In this document: one piece after another, positions 51,548 through 64,000 of the stretch
Position numbering within the stretch: position 1 is the first letter of the stretch
Layout of the letters: the number at the start of each line of letters is the position of its first letter
Position numbers and translations under genes: made by a program
Assembly (NCBI RefSeq): GCF_009914755.1
Contig: NC_060931.1
Direction: 5' to 3' (one strand)
Origin: the human T2T-CHM13v2.0 reference genome, Homo sapiens
DNA length: 64,000 nucleotides
The notes under the pieces: model-generated
The model's database searches: none
Seen by the model: the letters and a program-made list of their open reading frames with translations, nothing else
Told to the model about the DNA's origin: nothing

Positions 51548-52941
51548 GGCTTTACCTGTTGTGTTTACGTTTCATAACATCAGTATCATTAGATATGGGC
51601 TGCAGTCATGATGTAGATCTTATTTTCATTTATGTATTTAAAATTTGTATCCTAAGATAGCCACATGTAAAGAAAATTGGATGCTGAGAACATGGATAAT
51701 GACTAAAAGTCCAGTGAGTACAAAAAAAACCATGATGTACTCAGAAGGTAAATATTCAAAGAGTTTAATATTCATAAGTTAATGCATGAGATACAAGGAT
51801 GTGGTGATTTAGATTGAAGAGAACATAACAGGTTGAGTGCTGAAACGAAAGTGAGAAGGTTAATCCTAGAAATGTGTTTTATGAAAACAAGTTGCAGAGT
51901 TAAAATAAATATTGTACTGGGCTGAAAAAAAAATTCAATAGGTTTCCTAAAGATATTCTTCAATATGCATGTACTTTGTGAATCATAAAAAGTATGTGGT
52001 AAGGACATGTAGGGGTATACTATGAAGAATTTTCCTACCTCTGGCAATGAAAGTGTTGCTAATGAAGACTTTTTAGCTCCAATTTTCCAGGTAATGGACT
52101 TAGAAAAAATGTTTGACTCTACAAATAGAAGCAGTAATTATAGGAAAGTCAATGAGATAGATACTACAATGTAACTAGTATTAGCAGTGATAATAAAATA
52201 TAACATGTTCCCTTTGAAATCCTTACTGGCTTTACAATGAATAAAACTGATGAACCTGGAATGCATATGTTGGGTACATTTCAAATGATGCTTTAGCTAT
52301 ATTAATTTAATTATTTATTCTTATTTTTTTTCTAGCCATAATGTTGTTCCATTCACTTTAGCTATATATGCTTGTATTTAAAGTAAAGAGGCACTATGAA
52401 CAATTTCAAATACCTTGTACTGCCATGCAGTTTTTTGCAAATGTAAGTAATATGTGTCAGCCTTATGCAGATGTGGAGCACAGAACAATCACAGTACCTT
52501 GGAGAGAATTGCAAAGTTTGTGTTGGATGCACACTTGTAATGTTTTAATATTAATGGCAGTGCTCACACCAGATATTGGCCATGCTGTTTATTTCCCTGG
52601 ACAGATAAAATGGCTGGAAATCAAAAGATAACTCATAACGTGAGGATAAATGAATTGGAAATGTGTCAGAAATGATTTATTTGAAAGAATATTTGACTAG
52701 GCCTCTAATTCCAGTGATACTGAGCTGGTCATTTAATCTCCATAAGTTTGCATAATGAGAAAGTTGTAAGAGGTTTTCACTGAGCTAGCCACAGTTCAAA
52801 AAGTTTATTAAAATGTTTGATCAACTTGAAAAATAAGAAAGCTATTATTTTCCAAATATATTTTTGTGTGGCCAAATACTTGAGGACAATTTAATGATCA
52901 TTTTAATTTTATTATGATGCACCTTATTAAAAATTATGCTC

Positions 52942-53268
<327 letters not shown>

Positions 53269-54324
53269 CTACTTTGCGAATATATAGTTTAGCATAATTA
53301 ATCTTTCTTTGTAAATATAATGACATAAAGAGGTTATTAAATTCATCATATTCAAGGTTTCTCCATCTTTAATTTATAAGAAGCTCTTCACAAAACATTC
53401 TATTAAATGACTCTAGTAGAAGTAAAAATGAGTTTAAGGCCAAATTAATTGAGCCTCATGAATTATGATCAGTATCGGAATACATTTAAAACCCAAGGAG
53501 CTATTCTTGCCAAACGCTAATAATCAAGCAAGAATCACTTCAAAAATTTTAATAGTTTTTGAAATTAATAGACATTTACTCACTGGAAATTTTGTTTCCT
53601 TTTAATTTTCTTGATATTTGAAGTCCTTGCCGATTTACTTGTGCTGAGCCATTTAAAAAGTGTTCTACCACCATCTAGTGTTGTCAAATAGAAGTTTCAC
53701 TTCAGTTACTAGATCTAATTCATAAAAGGTTAGTTGAAATTGTATATCATTTTGATAATGAGATATACAAAACACGAGTATCAACACTTAAAATTGGCAT
53801 TACTGGCTTTGTAGGAGAAAGATAAAGTATACAAAACAGTGCCTCATATTACGGAAAATAATGCATTCTGTTTAATATTCAACAGGAATATTTACTGAGA
53901 TATTTTATTTCTAAACTAGAAAAGAGGAAAATAATTGGGAATCTTATTTTAAATGCACTGAAATATATAGGATATTAAATATTATAGCAATGAAAATTTG
54001 CCTATACTAAAACTCGATCCAGTCTTCACTGTTCACTCCTATGTTAATTTAATATTGAAATGTATGTTAATGAATTCAAAATCATAATTGCTTGTTCAAA
54101 ATTCCAAATACTGTGTTAGTAATTTCTGATATTAGTGTACATATGCTTTTGTGTGTTATGTATCTATTATCATCAGTATTTATAAGCCGATTCAATTTCC
54201 TTTCAAGTTATAATTCGGATCCGTTTGCATTCCATATCTTGATTAAATACATTTTAATTCATCTGCAGTTTCTCATAATTTGACATTTGAATATTATAAT
54301 AGATTATTACCTTTTTAAAGCAAT

Positions 54325-54770
54325 TGTATTAGACTATTTTGGGCTAATACAGTAAGTATTAATCCAAAGGTAATGAGGTTGGGCAATTTATGAAGAAAAG
54401 ATGTTTAATTGGCTAATGGTTCTGCAGGCTGTAAAGGAAATATGGCACCTGCTTGGCTTCTGGTGAGTCCTCAGGGAATTTTTGCTCGCTATGGAAGGCG
54501 AAACAGAAGCTGGTATGTCACATGAAAAGGGGAACAAGAAAGCAGTTAGGTTACCGAGCAGGGGGAGGTGCCACACTCTTTAAATAAATTAAAAAAAAAT
54601 TATGAGTGAACTCACTAAGGAGAACTCATTACCATGGGAAAGGCATCAAGTCATTCATGAAGAATTACTCCATCCCATTGACCAAAACACATCCCACTAG
54701 GCTTCCCGCCAACATTGAGGATCACATTTCAAAGTGAGATTTGGAAGGAATATACATCCTAACAATATCA
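54325..54770 (-). mobile_element. MSTB-like solo LTR (ERVL-MaLR)
   Basis: TGTATTAG...GGTTCTGCAGGCTGTA...GGCTTCTGGTGAG...AATATCA; perfect 5-bp TSD GCAAT (54320-54324, 54771-54775). Confidence 0.9.
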
Positions 54771-55419
54771 GCAATTAATCAGTTAGTAATTGTTGAGCAT
54801 TTCTATGCATCCAGTTTCCTAACTCTTATAACCTCGGGGCAGTAATATTCTGGTTAATTCAAAATAGTTTGGCCTTTTATTTTTAGTTAACCTGTTGACA
54901 GTAGAATCGGTATTTAAAAATTTAATATCGACCAAGTATAAAAATGTAGCAATCAAAGACCTATTTATGGGCAAATGTTAATAGGTTTCTAAAAATTGCT
55001 ACTGAGGTGAATATCTTGTGTTAAGGAACAAGGTCATGTCTTCATTTTATTGAAACTTCTTGATACTTATGATCCATTAGCAGGCACAGAAATTTGCCAA
55101 GTGTTCTACTATCCCTCATTATTATAAGCCCACTGGGTTCAGATTTTGGCACATGACTAAAGAGTCCTATGAAAAAACACATTTCTAAGCTTATTATATT
55201 TTATAACAATGAAGTTTTGAAAATAATAAGAAATAAAATCAGAAAAGGTAAAATAAAAGAAAATAATAAAATCCACCTTAGAGTCGAGGGTAATACTCTA
55301 TTTCTATAATTTGATCTCTAGTCTTCTGCCATGCCTAAATATGTATATAAAAGGACAATGCTGAAGTGCTTTAAATACAACCTATAAGTTCATTTTGCCT
55401 GACTTTACTCCTCTGTTCT

Positions 55420-56380
55420 GGGCCTATTTCCTCAAATCCAGACTCATGTATTAAACAGATTATTCAACATTTCTACTTGAACATTTACCAGGCATTTCAC
55501 AGTAAACATTTTCAAAACTAAGGCCAACTTCTTTCTTCATAATGTGCCCCTTCCTAACATTTCCATTTCAGTTGCCAGTAACTTACATCCTCATGTTGTG
55601 TAATGCACAAACCTTGGCATTGTCTTTTACTCTTCTATCACATCCCACAGCTCTCAGTAACTTTTAAGTATCACTCAAGGCTGGTGACTTTACACCAAGT
55701 CCACAGCTACCTCCTTTGCCTAAGCCACCTGCAATAGAGTCTTAACTGGTATTTCTATTTAATTATTTTTCATAGCTTCCTCCTCCATAGTTTTATCTCA
55801 GTCTTATTTCAACAATCTTTTCAAATTATCAGAAGAATCTTTTTAAATCCTAACTGTAATCATGTTATGCTGCTTCTTAAAACTGCCAGTGACTCTTCAT
55901 ATTATTCAGAGGTTAATTCAAAATCTTTGCAGTGATCTATATAGCCCTACACATTCAGCCTCCCAAAACATTACCTTTTTAACATCATTTAATTATCTTC
56001 CTCACTCTCTTTTCCAAGCACTTTGCCCTCCTTTTCCTTCTTCAAACACACCATGGATGCTTCCATTAGTTATTGCATTTTCATTTATCTAAACTGCTCC
56101 TCCCCAGCCCTTATGGCTCTGTCCTTGACTTCTTTCCAGTTTGGTACTTAAACATAATCTTAAACGAGGATTTTCTGCATCTATCTGTCTACAACATCCT
56201 CTTGTAACAACCCCCCAATGTTTATTACTCCCTGTTTTATCTTCCTTCACAGTGCTTATCATTTTGCATGCCTATTATGATACTCTTTTGTTGATTTTGT
56301 TATATATCATCCTATCTAGAGCATAATTTTAGGAAAATACAAAACATCTTAGTTTTTTTCATGCATTGCTATATTCCATG
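55420..56380 (+). mobile_element. L2 LINE 3' region
   Basis: CCAGACTCATGTAT...CATTTCTACTTGAACAT...CAAACCTTGGCATTGTC...CTTAACTGGT...CTTCTTAAAAC; pyrimidine-rich L2 pattern. Confidence 0.7.
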
Positions 56381-56389
56381 TGAATAGTT

Positions 56390-59135
56390 TGGTTGACCAT
56401 TTTATCATTTTCCTGTTGGCTATTTATATGTATTTTTTCAGAAATAACTAATCAATTATTTGCCCACTTTTTAATTATTTGTTTTCTTGATATTGAGTTG
56501 AGTTTCTTATGTATTTTAAAATTAACCTTTTATCAGGTATAAGTTTTGCAAATATTTTATTTTTTGTGGTTTCTCTCTTTACTCTGTTGACTGTTGACTT
56601 TGCAGTGTAGAATATTTTCAATTTGATGTAATCCTACTTGTAATTTTTGCTTTTGTTTCCTATGCTTTTGGAGTCATATCCCAAAAAATATGACCTCGGC
56701 CAATATCATGGAGCTTTTTGCTGGTTTTCTTCTAGTTATTTTACAGTTTCAGGTCTGACATTTAAATCTAAACCATTTTGAGTTGATTGGTGTCTAGGGT
56801 GTTATTATTCTACATGAAGATATTCAGTTTTCCCACCATTTATTATTAAGGATATTTCCATCTCCCCATTGTTGAAAAGTGTCTCTTGACACCTTGTTAA
56901 AAATCAATTGGCTATAAATGCATGGAATTATTTCTGGACTCTATTCTGTCTCATTGTTTTATGTGTCTGGTTTTTTTGCCAGTATATGCTGTTTTGGTTA
57001 CTGTGTCTTTGTGATATAAAGTAAAGTAGTGTAATGCCTTCAACTTTGTTCTTTTTGCTCAAGATTATTTTGGCTATTCGAGGTCTTTTGGGGCTTCAAA
57101 TGAATTTTAGAATAGTTTTTTTCAATTTTTTCAACAAAATTCTCTTGGGATTTTGACAGGGACTTTATTGCATCTACAGATAATTTTGGGTAATATGGAT
57201 AATTTTAAAATATTAATTATTTTATTGCATGAACATCTGATGTCTTCCCATATATTTGTAATTTCTTTGATTTCACTCATGAAAATTTTAGTTTCCAGTG
57301 TACCAATCCCTTACCTCTTTGGTTAAATTTATTCCTAAGTATTTTATCTTTTTTGATACTATTGTAAATGAATTTTTTCTCTTGATTTTCTTTGGATTGT
57401 TTATTGCTAGTTTAGAAATTCAACTAAATTTTTTATGCTGGTATTATTTCCTGGTCCTTATTGAATTTATTATTTCTAACAATTTTTATGGCATCTTTAA
57501 TGTTTTCTACCTATAAGATCATGTCATCTGCAAACAGATAATTTAACTTCATCCCTACTGATTTGGATACTTTTTTTTTTTTTTTTACCCTTTTCTAATT
57601 GCTCTGGCCATTACTTCTGGTGTTATGCTGATTAAAAGCGGGCATCCTTTCCTTCTTCCTAATCTTAGAGGAAAAAATTGCAGTTTTTCACCATTGAGTA
57701 TAATATTACCTGCAGGTTTTTCATATGTGGCCTTTTTATGTTGGGGTAAATTCCTTCTATACCTAATTTATTAAGAGCTTTTATTATGAAAAGATATTGA
57801 ACCTTATCATATGACCTTTCTGCATCAATTGAGATGATAAACTGTTTTTTTGTTTGTTTGTTCTGTTAATGTGGGATATTACATGAATTTATTTTTGTAA
57901 GTTGAACCAGTCTTGCATTCTATGGATAAATCCTACTTGGTCATAATATATGATGCTTTAAATGTGCTGATAAATTCAATTTGCTAGTATTTTGCTGAAG
58001 GTTTGTACAGTTTTGTAAGTATTTTCTTGAGGAAATTTGGCCTGTAGTTTTTTTTTTTTTTTTTTTTCTTGTAGTGTGTTTGGCTGGCTTAGATATAAGA
58101 GTAATACTGGCTCATAAATTAGTTTGGAAGTATGTTTCCTATTCTTCAATTTTTAAAAAGGCGTACAGAGGGATTCGTGTTAGTTCTTCTTTAATATGTG
58201 ATAGAATCAACCAGTGAAGTCATTGAGTCCTGAGCTTTTTCTGTTATCACTGGGAGATTGATTCAGTCCTTCTCTTTATTATAGGTCTGTTCACAATTTC
58301 TGTTTCCATGATTCAGTCTAGCTAGGTTGTATATGTCTAGGGAATTTATTCATTTTTTAGGTTATTCAATTTTTTGGCTATCATGGCTCATGGTAGTCTC
58401 TTTTGGTGCTCTTTATTTCTGTAGCATCAGTCATAACATCTCCCTTTTCATTTATGATTTTATTACTTAAGTTTTTAATATTTTTATCATAGTTACTGTA
58501 GCTAAGGGCTTATCCATTTTAATATATATTTTCAAAAAACTCTTAGTTTTACAGATTTTTCTATTTTTTACTTATCTATTTCATTTATTTCGGCTGTAAT
58601 CTTTATTTCTTCCCTGCTGTTAAACTTGGCCTTCATTGGTTCTTGTGATTTTAGTTCCTTGAGTTGTAAGGTTAAGTTGTTCACTTAACATCTTTCTTTA
58701 TTCTTAATGTAGAATTTATAACCATAATTGTCCCTCAATACTGCTTTTGTTGCATCACATAGGATTGGTGTGTTGGGTTTTCATTTTTGCGTATATCAAG
58801 CTATTTTCTAATTTCCCTTCTGATTTCTTCTTTGATCTATTGGTTGTTTAAGAGTGTGTTGTTTAATTGGTGCATATTTGTACATTTTCTAGTTTTTTTC
58901 TGCTATAGATTTCTAGTTTTATTCCATTGTGGTAGGACAAAGATACATGCTATGATTTCAATCTTTTTACATTTTTAAGACTTGCTTTGTATGCTAACAT
59001 ATGATCTATCCTAGAGAATGTTTCATGCACACATGAAAAGAACATGTATTCTGATATTCCTGGGTAGAATGTCTTACATACGTCTATTAGGTTCATTGTT
59101 TATAATTTTGTTCAAGTTCTCTGTTTCCTTATTGT
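56390..59135 (-). mobile_element. L1M (MA/MB-type) ORF2 segment
   Basis: Continuous antisense ORF2 motifs: TAAGATCATGTCATCTGCAAACAGA, TTTTCACCATTGAGTAT, TCTGCATCAATTGAGAT, GATCTATCCTAGAGAATGTT. Confidence 0.88.
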
Positions 59136-59151
59136 ACTTTTGTTGTATTTG

Positions 59152-59717
59152 TACTTGTATTTACGAAGTAACTAGTTTGCTATTGATTTTACAAGCTCAT
59201 AAGCGGAAGGTATTTGCCTTGTCTCAGAGACTTTGTACTGTAGACTTTTGAATTAATGCTGAAATGAGTTAAAATTTTTAGGGGACTGTTGGGAAGGCTT
59301 GATTGGTTTTGAAATGTGAGGACATGTGATTTGGGAGGTCCAGGGGTGAAATTATATGGTTTGGCTGTGTCCCCACCCAAACCTCATCTTGAATTGTACT
59401 CCCATCATTCTTATGTGTTGTGGGAGGAATCTGGTGGGAGATAATTGAATCATGGGGGCAATGTCCCCATACTGTTCTTGTGGTAGTGAGTTAAGTCTCA
59501 CCAGATCTGATGGTTTTATAAGGGGTTTCTGCTTTCTCTTCTTCTTCATTCTCTTCTCTTGTCTGCCACCATGTGAGACGTGATTTTTACCTTTCACCAT
59601 GATTGTGAGGCCTCCTCAGCCAGGTGGAACTGTGGGTTATTGATTAAACTTCTTTCTTTTGTAAATTGCCTGGTCTCAGGTATGTCTTTATCAGCAGCTT
59701 GAAAATAGACTAATACA
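59152..59717 (+). mobile_element. THE1 (THE1B-like) 3' internal end plus 3' LTR; 5' portion missing
   Basis: THE1-int end (GATTTTACAAGCTCATA...TTGGGAAGGCTTGATTGGTTTTGAAATGTGAGGAC), then LTR 59352-59717 ending GACTAATACA. Confidence 0.9.
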
Positions 59718-61554
59718 AAGGGAGAGATATAACTTGCCAATGTCTTTGAAAGAAATTGGGATTTTGAAGTAACCTCCCCAACTCACATTATTGATATGAA
59801 GAGATCTAATGTTTCTCTAATATTGAGTCTTCCCATATGTGTGTGTGTGTGCATGTGTACACAAAATAAAATAATCTCTGTCTTTTATTAGTCAGCCTTT
59901 TAAAAACTCTGTGATAACTATGTAAATTCCAAGCAGAACTTGAAATTGAGCTAATCATGAAAAAGAGAAAAACAGTATATATGTATGAGTGATATCTAGT
60001 ACATTCACCTATAAAAACCTAAGTTTACTATCAATCACAGCAATATCCTTTACTTATGTGCTTAATGCTATAAGGTAAAATATAAATATAATGTATCTAT
60101 ATTTACTAATATCAAGGGCAATCTAAATAAAACTTTGGGAACAATCCTGAATCTTCTCTTCGATTGAAAACTAGAGTATTTTATGTGTTTACCAAATTGT
60201 AGTAAAATTTTGCTGAACAATTTTAGCAGAAAAAAAAAGCATTACTACTATTTCTGTGACTAGTGAAAATTTCTGAACCTGTTAGCCTTAGCAAGATTTG
60301 AAATAATTTCAGAGTATCAACAATTTATTATGTAACTATTTCCACCCAATTTCTTGTTATTCCTACAATATTATTAATTTAAAATTAAAATATATTAGAG
60401 ATGGTGAGAACTTCAAAATACTGGGTAGGATGGTGTACAAGGTGATGAATCAATATTAAAAGTATTGAAGAAATAATTTGAGAGGAATCAGTTATATTTC
60501 CTTATTTCAACAATTTTGCCCATTGAATTTGCAGTCCTATAGCTAAATAGCAGCATGTATGCAGAAATTACGCCTTCTTGATTGTTACATAGTAAAAGAG
60601 CACGATATTAACATTATTATTTAATTACAAATACATTAATATGTATGGATTATTTTATTTACCTTTAATTTCTAATTTTTCCTTTTAGATTTTTTTCACT
60701 GAAGCACCAAAATGGATTTTAAACAAACAAAAACGACGTTACTTTTCCTCTTTATTGTGTAAATAAACACGTTAATAGAAAACCACTTCAAAATAAATTT
60801 GGTACACAAAATGCCAAAATTTACACATGAATTATTATGTTTTCCATCATGCAACAGTGTATTTATGGAGAACACTGATATGTTAGCCTCAAAATAAATG
60901 ATTAAAGATAGGAAATGAATAACAGAAGTGTCAGACATTACCCACTAATTTCAAAATTCACTAAATTTAAGAAAAAGGACTGCCAGAAACAATTGATTCA
61001 GAATGACAGAAAACAATGAGATATCATACATTAATGAGTTATTATAGGTTCTTAGAGAAGAGCAGTATTAAAAATACAGATAAAAATTGCTTTTTATTAC
61101 CCCTCGTCAAAAAAAGAAAACCAAAAAGCAAAAAATTAAATTGTAGAAAAGACACTTAGAATACCTAACTGGAATAAGGGTTGGAGATTTGTAGGTTGAC
61201 TGCACAGTTTTATAAATGAAGTATCAAAAATGTAATTAAGTTTTACAAAGATAGAACAATGTCTAAAGTTCATACTTTTGAAATAAACCATCATGACAAT
61301 TTTGTCCTTTACTAGTTATACTTGTATTTGTATGTATTTCATATTTTAAGGGTAGGATTTTTTTAGACATTTTAGAGAACACAAAATAGAATAGAAAAAG
61401 GTAAAAATATAAGTTTGGGATTAAAATATTTTTTCTGTCTAAGAAGAACATTCTTTTAATATATTTATTTAGTTCTTCATTTCTAGAATAATTTCTGGTA
61501 TATTCAAGAAAATAAACTGTTTTGCATAATTTTATATGGTATCACTTTTTAAAA

Positions 61555-61769
61555 ATTTTATTATTATTATACTTTAAGTTTTAGGGTACATGTGCACAAC
61601 GTGCAGGTTTGTTACGTATGTATACATGTGCCATGTTGGTGTGCTGCACCCATTAACTTGTCATTTAGCATTAGGTATATCTCCTAATGCTATCCCTCCT
61701 CCCGCCCCCCACCCTACAACAGTCCCCAGTGTGTGATGTTTCCCTTCCTGTGTCCATGTGGTCTCATTG
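61555..61769 (-). mobile_element. Severely 5'-truncated L1PA (PA4/5-like) 3'UTR
   Basis: TTATTATACTTTAAGTTTTAGGGTACATGTGCACAACGTGCAGGTTTGTTAC... Confidence 0.92.
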
Positions 61770-62449
61770 ATTTTTACCAAATATGCTCCAAAATTTTTAA
61801 TAGAGTAATATGGTGATATGCATTTATTTGTACTTCTTATTTTCTTTTCTTAAACTATTAAATGATTAATTATTCACATTTTCCTGTGATTGTCCTTAAT
61901 TTATACAAGTAGTTTTCCATATCATGTAGCAATTTTGCATTTAGGAAATGTCTCTTAAATACTTAATGACTTACTTAAGGAAAAATAAACACCTTTATAT
62001 TTTATAGAGAGGAAGTACAGTGGTTCCAAGCCTGAGTGCTTTCTTAATTATAAGTTATCATGGTAAACAATGGCAATAGTGAATCATGAAACATTAACTT
62101 GTCAACACCAAGGACTGACAGTCACTTTAAATCACCCTATGCAATGATGATGTTCACAAATTTGCTTGACTACCTTGATTGATATTAAGTATTTAACTAG
62201 ACCTAAAATCTATAAGCACAGGGGGTTATGAGGAAAACATTTCATTTGAAGATATATTGGTTATACGGCATTAGATTTCACTGAATAATGGGAATAGTGA
62301 TTATTGGCTTGCCTATGGAGCCCAGTTGTCATCAGCATGGGTCTGTGAAGGAAACTATTTCCTACTGCTACTCTCACATCAGCCTACTCCTGAGCTTTAG
62401 AGGGATTTTGAAATCAAATTTTCAAGACTGCTGTTTCCATTGTTAATCT

Positions 62450-62625
62450 CTTATTGTCTACACTGTGTAGAAAATATATCATTAAAAACTTGCTATGTAG
62501 TTTAAACTTTATAATAACTCTACAGTATATATTATACTGGAACCACTGTTTTACAGAGAAGAAACAAAAGTTCAAGGAGATTGGGTAGCTTGTCCAATGT
62601 CACAGAATTAATAATAATGACAGAA
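62450..62625 (-). mobile_element. MIR fragment
   Basis: CTGTTTTACAGAGAAGAAACAAAAGTTCAAGGAGATTGGGTAGCTTGTCCAATGTCACAG. Confidence 0.6.
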
Positions 62626-64000
62626 AAATAAGAAACAGAAAACAAAAAAGGAATTAACTGATTTGTAGCTAGAACGTCTTATGCAGAGTGGTCTAAATAT
62701 TATAAATATTTTGACCAAGGAGGTGAAATTTTTCAGATTGTTTTGGCAAATAAAGGACTATCTCTGGAGCTGTGATATTGTCAATCCCATTCAAACTCTA
62801 TGACTAATAATGGAAAAGAGATGTTTCTAAGGAAATCTGGAGGCTATTAGAGAAACGGATGATCCATGAAAGAGTTGTGTTCGCTCACTGTAGCTAGTAA
62901 ATGATGATGATTGCATTTCAACTTAGATCTATCTGTCTGATTTATAGTATATATGTATCTACTATGTAGACTAGACATACCAAGGGAATAAGAAAGTATG
63001 TATAGCCTCAGGACTAAGTATTTTAGAACTTCTTAAAGAAATTTAAGAAATTCACTTAACCAGTCATATGTTTGCTGTTACTGTCATAAAAGCAGTTAGA
63101 TAATAAAGAGATCATAACAAAATTTTTCAGATTTTATTATCCATTTGGGAATATCCCTTCACTGTATACAATATTAAATATATCTAGAGATGAGAAAAGA
63201 ATTTGCAATGTATATTCCAGAAAAATGAATTAAAGAAAGAGAAATTCTGAATTCCACAATTCCTGACACCATATGTAACTTTGTCAAAGGATGAGTAATT
63301 TAGGCTGTGTCATCTTTCTTCTATATGAAAATGTAAACATAAAATATAAAATATCACTGCAAATTTAGAAGAGCAGATACAAGCTTTCTTACTAATTGCT
63401 ACCTATGCACAGCAATCAAAGTGCCAAAATAGGAATAGAGATAATAGGGGGTGTTAAATGAAGACCAATATATGTCAGTGGTTTTGAATTCCTTATAACC
63501 AGGCAGTTACGTATTTCATTAGCTCTTCTGGCATTCACTGCTTTATCTAAGGGAGGTTTTGGAACTCAAGAAGCAGGCAGAATCAACATAAAAAAAGTTT
63601 AGGGGGAAACAATTTATAATAGATTTCATTACATGCTCAAAGGAAGACATGTCTAGAGAAGAATAAATATAAATTCAATTATTAATTAGCACTTAAAATC
63701 AGAGACAATGATTCTTATTTAGAGAGAAATGCCTCATAATTGATTTACTTGAGAGAAAAGGACATGAAAGTAATGCAGACTTTTTTTTGTTTTACTGTAT
63801 CTTCCATTTATTATTGGTTATCAAGGTGGGTAAATAAAATATTATGTGATGATTGAATTTTCATCATTGCTCAAGAAAATAAATAAAAAACAGAATAGCC
63901 AACACTGAAGGAAAAGGTAAATAAAATAGGTTATACTCATGCTATAAAACACTTTGTAGACCTTTTAAATTCTAAATTAGAGCTATACCAATTAGGAGAG

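Noticed and set aside
61540-61780. Possible transduction on the second L1PA
   Set aside because: No convincing TSD or second poly-A could be identified
62899-62943. ATGATGA ... CTGA with AAAT/ATTT ends, C/D-box snoRNA-like
   Set aside because: Only ~45 nt, too short, with no evident rRNA/snRNA antisense element

Overview
AT-rich primate (most likely human, judging by the AluY/AluS/AluJ, L1PA and THE1 content) non-coding DNA, intergenic or deep intronic. I found no supportable protein-coding gene, RNA gene or CRISPR array. The listed ORFs are retroelement remnants (L1 ORF2, THE1-int, Alu, MER52) or chance open frames. Much of the window is a layered record of transposable elements: about 13 Alus, several L1s including a nearly full-length ancient L1M with nested insertions, THE1/MST/MLT/MER52 LTR elements, MER5/MER94 DNA transposons, MIR/L2 and microsatellites. 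I do not see a new multi-gene biological system. The most interesting signals are mechanistic scars. (1) A ~450-bp candidate retrocopy of an unidentified mRNA 3' end sits inside an L2, and a 141-bp inverted copy of part of it sits ~770 bp away inside a MER5A1. (2) An L1PA carries a 30-bp 3' transduction with its own ATTAAA signal. (3) A 143-bp tandem duplication, 142/143 identical, lies inside an ancient MLT2 LTR. (4) A tail-to-tail inverted Alu pair is only ~90 bp apart. (5) There are twin-priming L1 inversions and many small templated duplications. Subfamily names come from recall of consensus sequences, and boundaries of old repeats are approximate.
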